A DNA stretch of 47,711 nt from Gammaproteobacteria bacterium (GCA_030066355.1 JASJBU010000004.1:1-47711); one strand, 5' to 3'. Positions 34,927-45,352 are shown, counted from the first letter of the stretch. Numbers and translations: made by a program. Notes: generated from the letters alone by a model not told the origin.

Positions 34927-35862
34927 ATGACCCAGACACCCATCAACCGTCGCGAAGCACTGAAAAAAATCTATCGTGCCATCGTAGCCGCCGGCGCCGC
35001 GACTTTCCTCTCCTATAGAGACTTGCTGGCTGCGGTCTCCCAGACACCAGATCAGCGCCCCAACGTCATCTGGTTACACGGTACCTCCTGCACCGGTTGT
35101 TCCTGCAGCTTTCTCGATATCGATTACGTACCCGTGGTCGATATCCTGACCAAATTCACCAACATGGCCTTTCACCCGGATATCTCCCTCGCCACCGGCA
35201 GTCAAGTGACGAACATCCTGGAGCGACTCGAGGCGAGTAGTCAGGGTTATATTTTTGTCCTGGAAGGCGGTATACCGGTAAGCATGCCGCATGCCTGCGT
35301 GATGGGCGAAAGGCCCATTACCGAGTGGGTGGAATTGCTGGCCTCGGGGGCCACCGCGTGTATTGCGGCCGGCACCTGTGCTGCTCTGGGCGGCATCCCG
35401 AAGATGCATGGGACGCTTACCGGTTCCATGACGCTGGATGAATTTCTTACCCACAAGGGAATAGAGAAACCCCTGGTGAGCCTTCCCGGCTGCCCCATGA
35501 AGCCTGAGCATTTCGTCTATACCCTGCTGCACCAGGTTAAAACCGGGCGTCTGCCCGAGTTGGATGAGAGCAAACGGCCATTGCACTTTTTTTCTTATAC
35601 CAATCACGACCGCTGCATCCTCTACGCCGACTTCCAGGAGAAACGCTTCGCCAGGCGTATTGGCGAGCCCGGCTGTCTGCTGAAGCTGGGTTGTCAAGGT
35701 CCGGTCACCAAGACCGACTGCATGATAAACGGCCACAACAGCAATACCAACACCTGCATTCGCGCCGGACATCCCTGTATAGGCTGCGCCAGTGAACAGT
35801 TCCCACGCCAGATCTTGTTACATGCCTATGATGAAAAGCGAGTGATCAAAAAAGATTTCTAA
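34927..35862 (+). CDS. [NiFe]-hydrogenase small subunit with a twin-arginine-like signal and no C-terminal membrane anchor
   Basis: ATG behind GGAGG, 11 nt after the large-subunit stop. The N-terminus is MTQTPINRREALKKIYRAIVAAGAATFLSYRDLLAA. Then VIWLHGTSCTGCSCSF, GTCAALGG and LPGCP (proximal cluster), followed by CLLKLGCQGPVTKTDC and CIRAGHPCIGC (medial/distal clusters). Confidence 0.9.
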   Translation: MTQTPINRREALKKIYRAIVAAGAATFLSYRDLLAAVSQTPDQRPNVIWLHGTSCTGCSCSFLDIDYVPVVDILTKFTNMAFHPDISLATGSQVTNILERLEASSQGYIFVLEGGIPVSMPHACVMGERPITEWVELLASGATACIAAGTCAALGGIPKMHGTLTGSMTLDEFLTHKGIEKPLVSLPGCPMKPEHFVYTLLHQVKTGRLPELDESKRPLHFFSYTNHDRCILYADFQEKRFARRIGEPGCLLKLGCQGPVTKTDCMINGHNSNTNTCIRAGHPCIGCASEQFPRQILLHAYDEKRVIKKDF

Positions 35863-35892
35863 CGCTGACACGACCAAAAAGGAAAAAATGCT

Positions 35893-37677
35893 ATGCAGGC
35901 ACAGCTCAATTTCCGTCAGACCCTGATATTCCGCGCCGTGCTTTATCTGGCGTTAAGCATTCTGATCCTGGCCAGCCTCTCGATCGCTGTCGTTTATTAT
36001 CACGAACACAACCAACTGGAACACAAAGTGCTGGATGTGGGTTACGGTTTGCTGGACAGTTATGTCAATGAGTCACGCGACTCCATCGCCAAGGGCCAGG
36101 CACGCAGTTTTCAAGATGTCATGGACAACGTGGCACGCATCTCCGAGGTTAAAGAGACCGCCCTGTATGCCCCATCAGGTCTCATGACATACCTTTCAGG
36201 GCAGGTTACCGTGGGTAAACCATTCGTTCACAAGGAAGAGACAGGCACTCTGGAGAATCCCAATTTGGAGACTTACGAGGAGTCACGAGGCCGTTTTCGC
36301 CGCTCTGATTGGAATCTACGGGATCATCACGAGACGGTTAAGGCCGGCAAACACATCCAGGAGAAAGAGTCCGAGGGCAAAGTCTGCGCAGACTGCCACT
36401 TCGTCGTGCCCAAGGATCTGGAGATTGCCGAGGGCAGATCTGCACACCAACTGCGGGGCAATGAAGCGGACTTCTACTATGCGTTGATCGCAGAACAGGA
36501 GTGTATCCATTGCCACTCCAACTGGCAGGACGGAGAATCTGCGGGCTTCCTGCGCCTGACTATGGACACAAGTTTCGTTAACGCCCAATCCCGCGAGATA
36601 GTGATTGGCAATATGGCCGTACTCGCAGCTGTCGTCATACCTGCGGGTATCGCTATGATTCTGGTCTTTTACCTGATGCTGTTTCGCCCTATCTCTGTTC
36701 TTGTGGAGAGCATCAGCGATCTCACTAAAGGCGAAGGTGACCTGACGAGCCGCCTGGATGAAGGAGCTAATACAGAGATGGGACTCTTATCCCGTCTGTT
36801 CAACGGATTTGTCAGCAAGATTCACGATATCGTAGTTTCGATTAAAGACAATATGGCTGGAGTATCAAATTCCGCCAGTAATCTTCACGAACAAGGGACA
36901 CGGATCAGTCAAAGCAATGTCAAGATCGCCGACCACCTTACCAGCATCAGTAACCAGGCCGAGGATGTACAGGGGGCCGCCAACGCCGTCAACAGCGCCA
37001 TCGATACCATTGGCGAAAGCTTCGATAGCGTCAGAACGGTCTTGGTACAAACCCGCACCAATGCATTGGACAACAAGGCCTCTACTCAGGCAGCCAGCAG
37101 TTCAGTGGAAGGTTTCTTCGGTACCCTGGCGACCTTGAAAGAACAATCACAAGAGGTGGTCGGACAACTTAAACAGATCGACAGTATCGCTGACCAGACC
37201 AATCTTTTGGCACTCAATGCCGCCATCGAGGCCGCTCGTGCCGGTGATCATGGCCGGGGGTTTTCCGTGGTGGCGGATGAGGTGCGCAACCTGTCCAACC
37301 AGACCGCTCAACTTACCGATTCCATCAAGACCATCCTGAGCGAGTTTTCCGACAATATGGAGCGAGTCGGCACGGCAATGAGTGGTACACGGGAACACAT
37401 GGACAAGGTCTCCGAGTCCTCCATCGCGACCGAAGAGGTACTGGAGCTGGCGACCGGGCAAATCGAAACGCTCTCCGACGAGATTCAGACTGTACGCAAT
37501 GCCGTATATCGACAGACCACACAAACCGAAACCATCGTCTCGACCATCTTACAGGCAAGTCATGAAGCGGATGAGACCTTACAAAGCACCGAGCTACTGG
37601 CGCAATTGTCACAGGACCTGATGTATTCGGTCGATGCGGTACAAACCGAGACCTCTAAATTCAAAACGAATAGCTGA
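35893..37677 (+). CDS. Methyl-accepting chemotaxis protein whose periplasmic domain carries two CxxCH c-type heme-binding motifs
   Basis: 594 aa. TM1 is residues ~11-36, and the periplasmic region ~37-235. CADCH is at residues 165-169 (nt 36385-36399). CIHCH is at residues 204-208 (nt 36502-36516). TM2, a HAMP domain ([24 protein letters not shown]) and the signalling hairpin [38 protein letters not shown] follow. It starts 30 nt after the small-subunit stop, with no visible terminator. Confidence 0.85.
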   Translation: MQAQLNFRQTLIFRAVLYLALSILILASLSIAVVYYHEHNQLEHKVLDVGYGLLDSYVNESRDSIAKGQARSFQDVMDNVARISEVKETALYAPSGLMTYLSGQVTVGKPFVHKEETGTLENPNLETYEESRGRFRRSDWNLRDHHETVKAGKHIQEKESEGKVCADCHFVVPKDLEIAEGRSAHQLRGNEADFYYALIAEQECIHCHSNWQDGESAGFLRLTMDTSFVNAQSREIVIGNMAVLAAVVIPAGIAMILVFYLMLFRPISVLVESISDLTKGEGDLTSRLDEGANTEMGLLSRLFNGFVSKIHDIVVSIKDNMAGVSNSASNLHEQGTRISQSNVKIADHLTSISNQAEDVQGAANAVNSAIDTIGESFDSVRTVLVQTRTNALDNKASTQAASSSVEGFFGTLATLKEQSQEVVGQLKQIDSIADQTNLLALNAAIEAARAGDHGRGFSVVADEVRNLSNQTAQLTDSIKTILSEFSDNMERVGTAMSGTREHMDKVSESSIATEEVLELATGQIETLSDEIQTVRNAVYRQTTQTETIVSTILQASHEADETLQSTELLAQLSQDLMYSVDAVQTETSKFKTNS

Positions 37678-37787
37678 GGCTATCCGGTTTCAGCGGAACG
37701 ATACCAAGTGTTGATTCAGCGACTTCAGCAGAGAATCCTGTGTCTGGGAGGAGCACCAATCATCGAGCATTATCTGCAAGCAATTTT

Positions 37788-39794
37788 TCACTGACCGACT
37801 GTGTGTAGCCAACAACTGACGCGTTGCCCCCGGCTCAGTTCCGCCTGAGGGGGATAGGCCTGCCGGCACTGCTCTGAAGCCTGCGGGCAGCGGGGATGAA
37901 AATGGCAGCCGGTGGGTGGGTTCGCCGGGGATGGCATGTCGCCCTCGAGACGGATGACGTCCCGCTGATGGTCGGGATCGGGCACGGGAACGGCGGAGAG
38001 CAACGCCTGGGTGTAGGGATGCGCCGGTGAGTTCAGCACCGATTCGACCCTGCCCTGCTCGACGATACGCCCCAGATACATCACTGCCACTTCATCCGCC
38101 AGGTAGGAGACCACCGAGATGTTGTGGGTGATGAAGAGATATGAGAGATCCAGTTCATGCTGCAGTTCTTTGAGCAGATTGAGGATCTGCGCCTGCACCG
38201 AGACATCCAGGGCGCTGGTCGGTTCGTCGCAGATGATCAGTTTGGGTTGTACCGCCAGGGCGCGCGCCACGCAGATGCGCTGGCGCTGACCGCCGGAGAA
38301 CTCGTGGGGGTATCGCCCTGCCGCCTCCTCGGACAAACCAACCTGCTGCAGCAGCTGATTGACCCGCCAGGCCTGCTGCGGCTTGGTCCCCATTTTCTGA
38401 GCCTGCATGCCCTCGGCGATGATGTCCCCGACCAGCATCCTCGGATTCATGGATGACATGGGATCCTGAAAGATGATCTGCATATCGGCCCGGCGCTTAC
38501 GCAGGGCGGCACCCCGGAGCCGGGTCAATTCATCACCTTCGAACCGGGCGGAGCCTGCCGTGGGTTTGAGCAGTTGCAGGATCGCCTTGCCCACCGTGGT
38601 CTTACCACAGCCCGACTCGCCAACCAAGGCCAGGGTATGCCCCTTGGGGATCTGCAGATCGACCCCATCCACCGCCCGCACGTGGCCGACCACCCGGCGG
38701 AGCACCCCTTTGTGAATGGGGAAGTGGACCTTCAGATCGATCACACTCAACAGGGGATCGGCCGATGTCTTGCGAGTACGGTGCAGAGTCGTTTGTGGAT
38801 CTTGTTTGGCCTTGGAAACCAACGGCTTTTCCGCATAGAGCAGACAACGCACACCCTGCCGTCTATTCAACTGCCGCCACTCAGGAACCTCCCTGCTGCA
38901 CCGATCACCGCTCTCCTCACAACGCTGCAGGAAACGGCAACCGGTGAACTGTTGCTTGAGTGAAGGCACGAAGCCCTTGATCACCGCCAGCTTCTCGTCC
39001 CGCTTGTTGCTATCGGGTAGGGATTCGAACAATTTTCGGCTGTAGGGATGCTTGGGGCCCTGAAAGAAGGTGGATACATCGCTGGTCTCGACGATTTGTC
39101 CGGCATACATTACTGCCAGTCGATCCGCGGTCTCGGCAACGATGCCCAGATCATGGGTGATCAGCAGCACCGCCATACCGCTATCGCGTTGCAGATCCTT
39201 GAGCAGATTCAGCACCTGAGCCTGGATGGTCACATCCAGGGCGGTCGTCGGCTCGTCGGCGATCAACAACTCGGGACGCCCCGCCAATGCCATGGCGATC
39301 ATCACCCGTTGCTTCATCCCACCGGAGAGCTGGTGGGGATACTCCCTGGCGCGGCGCACCGGATCGGGAATGCCGACCGAATCGAGCAGTTCAAGCACCC
39401 GTTTGGTAACTCTTGAGCCACGCAACCGGTCATGCAGGCGCACCGCCTCCGCAATCTGGTCACCGATTTTGAGTACCGGATTCAACGAGGTCATGGGCTC
39501 CTGGAAAATCATGCCCATACGTCCGCCCCGTACCTGACGCATCTCCTGCTCACTCAACCAGAGCAGATCGGTGCCGCCGAACTCGATATCACCCTCGACC
39601 ACCCGCCCAGAGGGAGGCAACAGACGCATCATGGAGAGTGCGGTCATGGATTTGCCACAGCCCGACTCTCCCAACAGCGCAAAGGTCTCACCCCGATGGA
39701 TGGCCAGATCCAGACCATCGACCACCCGGACCGGGTCTTGTTCATCACCCAACTGGGTCTGCAGGTTCTCGATTTTCAGCAGGGGGTCAGTCAT
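37788..39794 (-). CDS. yejF: ABC transporter ATPase with duplicated nucleotide-binding domains (YejF-like, peptide/opine family)
   Basis: 668 aa. Two Walker A sites (GESGCGKS twice), two signatures (LSGGMKQR, FSGGQRQR), and oligopeptide-type C-terminal extensions (HPYS/HPYT). Confidence 0.9.
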   Translation of the reverse strand: MTDPLLKIENLQTQLGDEQDPVRVVDGLDLAIHRGETFALLGESGCGKSMTALSMMRLLPPSGRVVEGDIEFGGTDLLWLSEQEMRQVRGGRMGMIFQEPMTSLNPVLKIGDQIAEAVRLHDRLRGSRVTKRVLELLDSVGIPDPVRRAREYPHQLSGGMKQRVMIAMALAGRPELLIADEPTTALDVTIQAQVLNLLKDLQRDSGMAVLLITHDLGIVAETADRLAVMYAGQIVETSDVSTFFQGPKHPYSRKLFESLPDSNKRDEKLAVIKGFVPSLKQQFTGCRFLQRCEESGDRCSREVPEWRQLNRRQGVRCLLYAEKPLVSKAKQDPQTTLHRTRKTSADPLLSVIDLKVHFPIHKGVLRRVVGHVRAVDGVDLQIPKGHTLALVGESGCGKTTVGKAILQLLKPTAGSARFEGDELTRLRGAALRKRRADMQIIFQDPMSSMNPRMLVGDIIAEGMQAQKMGTKPQQAWRVNQLLQQVGLSEEAAGRYPHEFSGGQRQRICVARALAVQPKLIICDEPTSALDVSVQAQILNLLKELQHELDLSYLFITHNISVVSYLADEVAVMYLGRIVEQGRVESVLNSPAHPYTQALLSAVPVPDPDHQRDVIRLEGDMPSPANPPTGCHFHPRCPQASEQCRQAYPPQAELSRGQRVSCWLHTVGQ

Positions 39795-39803
39795 GATCGT
39801 CCA

Positions 39804-41204
39804 TCAACGGGTCGTGCGCAGGCGCGGATCGAAGGCATCGCGCACCACGTCGGAAAACAAGTTGGCTGCCAGCACCAGGGTAAACATGAAGACCAGGGCG
39901 GCCGCCAGGGACCACCAGACGATCGGTTCCCGGGCCATCTCCAGGCGCGCGCCGTTGATCATGTTGCCCCAACTGTTCATGGTGGGGTCGACCCCGATGT
40001 TGACATAGGAGAGGACCGCCTCGGCCAACACCAGGCCGCTGAAATCGAGCACCAGGGTGATCAGCACGATATGCAGCACATTGGGCAAGATGTGCCGGCC
40101 GATGATCTTGAAATGCCCCACCCCGAAAGCCAGGGAGGCCTGGACGTATTCCAACTCCCTGAGTTTGAAGGTCTCGCCGCGTAACAGCCGGCACAACCCG
40201 GTCCAGCTGGTGACCCCGAGGATCATGCAGAGAAACAACAGGCGCAAGTCGGCACGTTGGGTGAGACTGGTGAACTCCTCCTCGTGGTTGCTCATATAAA
40301 TCTGCATCATGAGGATCGCCGCGGCGATCAGCAGTACACCGGGGATTGAGTTGAGGGTGGTGTAGGTGTACTGAATGACGTCATCCACCCAACCACGGAA
40401 ATAGCCGGCCATGATACCCAGCAGAATTGCCGCCGGCAGCATCACCATGGTGGTCAGGGTGCCGATCACCAGACCGGTACGGATGCTCTTGAGGGCCTGA
40501 TAAAGGACATCTTCCCCTACCTTGTCGGTTCCCAGGAGGTGATAGTGCAGGCTCAGCTCGGCAGCAACAAAACCGACCAGGGTCAATACGCCCGACGTGA
40601 ACAGCAGACTCTTCCAGGGCAGGGTGGTGTCGGAGCGTCTGATCGCGGCAAACTTCTGCCGAAAACTTCCATCACTTCGCCTTGCCGACCAGTAGATCAA
40701 CAGTGCAGAGCACAGCAGCCAGAATATCAGCCCCTCAACCAGGCCTTTTGCGATCAGCCACAGAATATCCTGCAACCACTCTTCTTGCGGATTCTCCAGG
40801 TGGGCCCCTGCATGCTTCAGCCTGGGATAGTCACGCACCATACTCCCGTCCGCCAGTTCGATATTCTCCTTGGCATACTGATGCGTGGCCAGAGGCGCCG
40901 AATAGGTCTTCTCCTGACGGACGCGCAGGGGCGTCACCAGCTTGTCGAACAGGCTCAGCACCTCAGCCGTCTCCGCTTGGCCTTCCTGCGCCACCTGGGG
41001 GCGGTAATGGAGCGAATCCAACAGACCGATCGCCACATACACCGAGAGAACCACCAGGGCCCCCATGCCCACCCTGCTGCGGGCGATCTCTTGCCAAGGC
41101 GCGCGAAGATGCTCCTTACGCCTCGCATAGAGGGCGAATCCTGCGATCAGCAACACCAGCAGAAAGATCAGGGCATCGGTCCAGAGGATCACCGGCTCGA
41201 TCAT
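39804..41204 (-). CDS. yejE: ABC transporter permease with a long N-terminal extension (YejE-like)
   Basis: 466 aa. Its start overlaps the upstream permease stop (ATGA). It has a BPD-type permease core with an EAA-like loop and an extended N-terminal region, as in YejE. Confidence 0.8.
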   Translation of the reverse strand: MIEPVILWTDALIFLLVLLIAGFALYARRKEHLRAPWQEIARSRVGMGALVVLSVYVAIGLLDSLHYRPQVAQEGQAETAEVLSLFDKLVTPLRVRQEKTYSAPLATHQYAKENIELADGSMVRDYPRLKHAGAHLENPQEEWLQDILWLIAKGLVEGLIFWLLCSALLIYWSARRSDGSFRQKFAAIRRSDTTLPWKSLLFTSGVLTLVGFVAAELSLHYHLLGTDKVGEDVLYQALKSIRTGLVIGTLTTMVMLPAAILLGIMAGYFRGWVDDVIQYTYTTLNSIPGVLLIAAAILMMQIYMSNHEEEFTSLTQRADLRLLFLCMILGVTSWTGLCRLLRGETFKLRELEYVQASLAFGVGHFKIIGRHILPNVLHIVLITLVLDFSGLVLAEAVLSYVNIGVDPTMNSWGNMINGARLEMAREPIVWWSLAAALVFMFTLVLAANLFSDVVRDAFDPRLRTTR

Positions 41205-42178
41205 GACAACCTCACTCTGGGATCGACGATGGTATAGGAGATATCTGTCATAATCAGGCCGATGATGTAGAGCACCGAACCGAGAAAGACCATGGAGCGC
41301 ACAATCGCGAAGTCCTGGTTGTTGATGGCGTCAATGGTGTAACTGCCCAGCCCGGGGATGCCGAAGAAGGATTCGGTAATCAGACTGCCCATGAACAGCA
41401 AGGGTAACACCGCCACCACCCCGGTGAGGATGGGTATCAGGGCATTCTTGAAGACATGTCCGAACAGTACCCACTGCTCACTCAGGCCCTTGGCCCGAGC
41501 GGTCCGCACATAGTCACGGTTGATCTCCTCCAGAAACAGAGTGCGATACCAGCGAGTGCCGGCACCGATGCCGCCGATCACCCCGATGATCACCGGTAAA
41601 ATGAGAAACTTGACCGCCCCCAGACTGGTATCGTATCCGGAGATCGGCACCAGATGCAGCAGCTTGCCTACCAGATACTGGCCGCCGATGATGTAGAACA
41701 GAGCCGAAATCGACATCATCACCACACAGATCACCACTCCCCAGAAATCGATGTAGGTGGCGCGGAAGAAGGCGATCAGCAGCGCGAAGGTGATATTCAC
41801 CGCCAACCCCACCAGCAGTACCGGCAGGGCGATGGCCAGGCTTGGCCACATGCGTTGAGAGATGTCGTAGCCGATATCCCGCCCGCTGTCCGAGGAACCG
41901 AAATCGAACTGAAACAGCTTCACCGATTTCTCGAAGAAGATCGTATCCGTGAAACGCGAAAATCCCTGGGCCGAAGCGTTGTACAGCGTCGGCTTGTTGT
42001 AACCATGTTCCACCTTCCATTGCTCGATCGCCTCCGGTGTCACCCGCTTGACCCCCAGATGCATACGTGCCATGTCATCCGGAGAGTTGACAATAAAAAA
42101 CAGCGTGAAGGTGATCAGGTTGACCCCGATCAGGATCGGGATGGCATAAAGGATCCGCCTGACGATATAGGCCATCAT
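41201..42178 (-). CDS. yejB: ABC transporter permease (YejB/OppB-like)
   Basis: [28 protein letters not shown] is the OppB/DppB-type N-terminus. The start was set to the ATG at 42178, which overlaps the SBP stop (ATGA). The track ORF extends further upstream. Confidence 0.85.
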   Translation of the reverse strand: MMAYIVRRILYAIPILIGVNLITFTLFFIVNSPDDMARMHLGVKRVTPEAIEQWKVEHGYNKPTLYNASAQGFSRFTDTIFFEKSVKLFQFDFGSSDSGRDIGYDISQRMWPSLAIALPVLLVGLAVNITFALLIAFFRATYIDFWGVVICVVMMSISALFYIIGGQYLVGKLLHLVPISGYDTSLGAVKFLILPVIIGVIGGIGAGTRWYRTLFLEEINRDYVRTARAKGLSEQWVLFGHVFKNALIPILTGVVAVLPLLFMGSLITESFFGIPGLGSYTIDAINNQDFAIVRSMVFLGSVLYIIGLIMTDISYTIVDPRVRLS

Positions 42179-44373
42179 CGCGCGGCACTCCTCTCTCGAT
42201 GACGGAACATTCGCACGGCTGGAATCAGGGACAACAGCACCAGGGCCAGGATCAAGACGACTGGCCAGACGATCGGCGGGTTCCATTCCAACTGCCTGGT
42301 ATTGCGGAGTTGGGGATCAACCCGTCGGTATTTGAGTTTGTTGCGCACCATCAAGGTGGGTTTGACGTTATGCAACCACTCGTGATGCAAGGTGAATGCT
42401 TTGGGGAAGTAACCCCAAATCCAGGGGGCATCACGCCGCAGAATCTCCACCATGCGGTCGATGATCGCCTGGCGTTCCGGCGTATTGTCCATGTGCTTCA
42501 TTCGATTGAACAGTTGATCATACTCCGCGTTGGCGTAGTTCGAGGAGTTTTCACCCTCCACATCCACCTTCGAGTTGGGGCCGTAGAGAAGAAAGAGGAA
42601 ATTCTCCGGGTCGGGATAATCCGCATTCCAGCCCCATATATACATCTGTGAGGTTCCCTTGCGCATCTTTTCCTGAAAGCGGTTGTAGTCCGTATTTCTC
42701 ACCACCAACTGGATGCCCAGTTTGCTGAATTGCTTGCGCCACCAGTTCATGACTGCGCGACTGTCCGGCCCCGTCGCATAGACGTCGAAATAGAGCAACA
42801 GCGGTTTACCTGTCTGCGGGTCTTTACCATCCGCATAACCCGCCTGCTCCAGCAGCGCCTTGGCCTCATCGATGGAACGCCGTACCGCTTTACCCTTCTC
42901 GATACGGTAAACATAAGGATTGATTTCCGCTTCACCCTCACCATGGCCGAAGATACCGGGTGGAATCGGGCTGTGAGCCACGAGTCCCCGACCATTTGCG
43001 AAAATCGAGATGTACTCCTCATAATCACTGGCGATAGAGATGGCGCGGCGCAACAGCCGGGCGCGTTTCGAATCGCCACCCACCACAGGATCCCGCATGT
43101 TGAAACCGAAATAGCTGATGGTCGGTTTTACTGTGGCATTGAGTTGAATCCCCCGCTCACGCATTCCTTCAGTCAGGCTCACCTCACCCTGGCCGCCAAA
43201 CTGCACCGCCTGATCGAAACTATCGGAGGAGATCCCAGAGGCATCATAGTAACCTTGCAGGAATTTGTTCCAGTAGGGTATGTTCTCCTTTTCCAGGCTA
43301 TAGACAGCACGGTCGATCAGGGGCAAGGGTGCCCCCGCATCTTTCAGGAAACCCTGCTCTGCATCTCCGGCTTCTCCCTCCGTGGGATAGGCCTCACCGT
43401 GAAAATAGGGATTCCGCTCCAAGACCATACGCAGATTGGGATTGTTTTCGCTCAACATGAATGGCCCGGTTCCGACTGGATACCAATCAAGCTTGATGTT
43501 TCGTTTCCACAGCCCGGCCTGGGCATAGAAACGATCCGCTTCCCAGGGCATGGGAGCAAAAAACGGCATCGCCATCCAATAGAGAAACTGCGGATATTTA
43601 CCGTTAATCCTGATTCGATAGGTGTAACGATCGAGCACTTCGACGCCCTCTAGCTGGTATGGGCGCAGATCCAGATAAGGGCGCTCTTCTCCGGTCTCCT
43701 GTTTCAGTTTGGCATCGACTTCCTCAAACTCATCGATGAGATTTTCGAAACCGACGATATACTCGCCCAGCACCGAGGTGATCGGACAATGAAAGCGGGG
43801 AAACGCCATGCGTTTGATCTGGTACACATAATCCGCAGCCGTCAATTCACGGGTGCCCGTCTGGGTGAAATCTGCCAGGGTATGGATGCCATCCAGCATG
43901 TCTTCCGACAATTGGTGGTAGTGATATGTACCGCCAGCATCACGCGAAAACAGTGGATGAGGCTGATATTGGATACCGGGTTGAATCCGTATCAGATAGT
44001 CACTGAATGCGATATCTGTTACGGAATAGTCGCCTGACAGGGGGTTTCCATCCCGGTCCAGGTAGGTTACCCGGGGCATCTCTACAGTCGTCAATGGGAT
44101 CAGTTCATAGGGACGTTTGAGAAAATGATACTGCAGCGGTGGCTCGTAAATTTGCTGAATGAACAGGGCTTCATTCTCATTGTAAGAGCGCGCCGGATCC
44201 AGGTGTTTGGGACGCTCAGAAAACGAACTGTAGAGGATCTGTTGCTCTTCACTTTCTTTGGAATAGGGGCTGTTCCATGGTGTTCCGTCACAACCCGGCA
44301 TGAGCAGTAACGCACACAACGAAAGCAAAACCGATCTATTTATTTCTAATCGCATTTCTAGGAATACAGCCAT
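42175..44373 (-). CDS. Family-5 extracellular solute-binding protein (YejA-like), with a lipoprotein-type N-terminus and a C-terminal hydrophobic anchor
   Basis: 732 aa. N-terminus [16 protein letters not shown]_bac_5-like body. The C-terminal segment [20 protein letters not shown] is followed by [12 protein letters not shown]. It is the first gene of the four-gene operon. Confidence 0.85.
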   Translation of the reverse strand: MAVFLEMRLEINRSVLLSLCALLLMPGCDGTPWNSPYSKESEEQQILYSSFSERPKHLDPARSYNENEALFIQQIYEPPLQYHFLKRPYELIPLTTVEMPRVTYLDRDGNPLSGDYSVTDIAFSDYLIRIQPGIQYQPHPLFSRDAGGTYHYHQLSEDMLDGIHTLADFTQTGTRELTAADYVYQIKRMAFPRFHCPITSVLGEYIVGFENLIDEFEEVDAKLKQETGEERPYLDLRPYQLEGVEVLDRYTYRIRINGKYPQFLYWMAMPFFAPMPWEADRFYAQAGLWKRNIKLDWYPVGTGPFMLSENNPNLRMVLERNPYFHGEAYPTEGEAGDAEQGFLKDAGAPLPLIDRAVYSLEKENIPYWNKFLQGYYDASGISSDSFDQAVQFGGQGEVSLTEGMRERGIQLNATVKPTISYFGFNMRDPVVGGDSKRARLLRRAISIASDYEEYISIFANGRGLVAHSPIPPGIFGHGEGEAEINPYVYRIEKGKAVRRSIDEAKALLEQAGYADGKDPQTGKPLLLYFDVYATGPDSRAVMNWWRKQFSKLGIQLVVRNTDYNRFQEKMRKGTSQMYIWGWNADYPDPENFLFLLYGPNSKVDVEGENSSNYANAEYDQLFNRMKHMDNTPERQAIIDRMVEILRRDAPWIWGYFPKAFTLHHEWLHNVKPTLMVRNKLKYRRVDPQLRNTRQLEWNPPIVWPVVLILALVLLSLIPAVRMFRHRERSAAR

Positions 44374-44488
44374 CTCTTCCCGAACCAGGGAAATTCCGGT
44401 AAGTTACCCTGCTTTGAAAGTCGGAATAACCTACGAAAAATCGTATTATCCGTATTTCTGTTCACTGACACCACCAAGGATTTTTTCC

Positions 44489-45265
44489 ATGGGTTTTTTA
44501 CAAGACAAACGTATCCTGATTGTTGGCGTCGCCAGCAACCGTTCCATCGCCTGGGGCATCGCTGAGGCGATGCATCGAGAAGGGGCAGAACTGGCCTTCA
44601 CCTATCAGGGCGATAAATTGAAAAAGCGCGTCGATCAAATTGCCGAGCAGTGCGGATCGGAGATCGTTCTGCCCCTGGATGTCACCAGTGACGAGCAGAT
44701 TACAGCCGTATTCGAGGTGCTTGGCAAGCATTGGGATGGCTTGGACGGCATCGTTCATTCGGTGGGTTTCGCCCCCCGGGACCACCTGGAAGGGGGGTAC
44801 CTGGATCACCTTACCCGGGAAGGCTTTGCCCTGGCCCACGATATCAGCGCCTATAGCTTCGCTGCCCTGGCCAAGGCCGGGCTGCCGATGATGCAGGGCC
44901 GCAATGCCGCTCTGGTCACCATGAGTTATCTGGGTGCCGTGCGCACCGTGCCCAACTATAACGTTATGGGTGTGGCCAAGGCCAGCCTGGAGGCGAATGT
45001 CCGTTACCTGGCCGATTCCCTGGGGCCGCGGGGCATCCGTGTGAATGCGGTCTCCGCCGGACCCATCCGCACCCTGGCGGCTTCCGGGATTAAAAATTTC
45101 AAGGGCATGTTGGATGCAGCGGAGAAGAAAAATCCGCTACGGCGTAACGTGACCATCGACGAGGTCGGTAATGCGGCCGCTTTTCTCTGCTCGGACCTGG
45201 CCTCTGGCATCACCGGCGATGTTCTCTATGTCGACTCCGGCTACCACATCCTCGGCATGGCCTGA
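44489..45265 (+). CDS. fabI: Enoyl-[acyl-carrier-protein] reductase (NADH), FabI
   Basis: [70 protein letters not shown] is strongly FabI-like. The start was set at the ATG behind AAGGA, not at the track start 44300. Confidence 0.95.
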   Translation: MGFLQDKRILIVGVASNRSIAWGIAEAMHREGAELAFTYQGDKLKKRVDQIAEQCGSEIVLPLDVTSDEQITAVFEVLGKHWDGLDGIVHSVGFAPRDHLEGGYLDHLTREGFALAHDISAYSFAALAKAGLPMMQGRNAALVTMSYLGAVRTVPNYNVMGVAKASLEANVRYLADSLGPRGIRVNAVSAGPIRTLAASGIKNFKGMLDAAEKKNPLRRNVTIDEVGNAAAFLCSDLASGITGDVLYVDSGYHILGMA

Positions 45266-45294
45266 TGATGATTACCACTTTGCCATAAACCGGA

Positions 45295-45314
45295 AAGGCG
45301 CCGAGCGGCGCCTT
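45295..45314. terminator. GC-rich hairpin between the convergent fabI and ppiD genes
   Basis: AAGGCGCC-gagc-GGCGCCTT is a perfect 8-bp stem. The flanking U-tracts are weak. Confidence 0.4.
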
Positions 45315-45352
45315 AACGGTGGTGTGTCTGTCGATCAGCGTTCGCCGTCAGG

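Noticed and set aside
42730-43653. 307-aa plus-strand ORF inside the solute-binding-protein gene
   Set aside because: It is antisense to a clear family-5 SBP that is translationally coupled to its permeases. It has no motifs of its own.
44300-44488. Upstream extension of the fabI ORF
   Set aside because: FabI proteins start at MGFL..KRILI. The extension overlaps the divergent SBP gene start and has no coding character.
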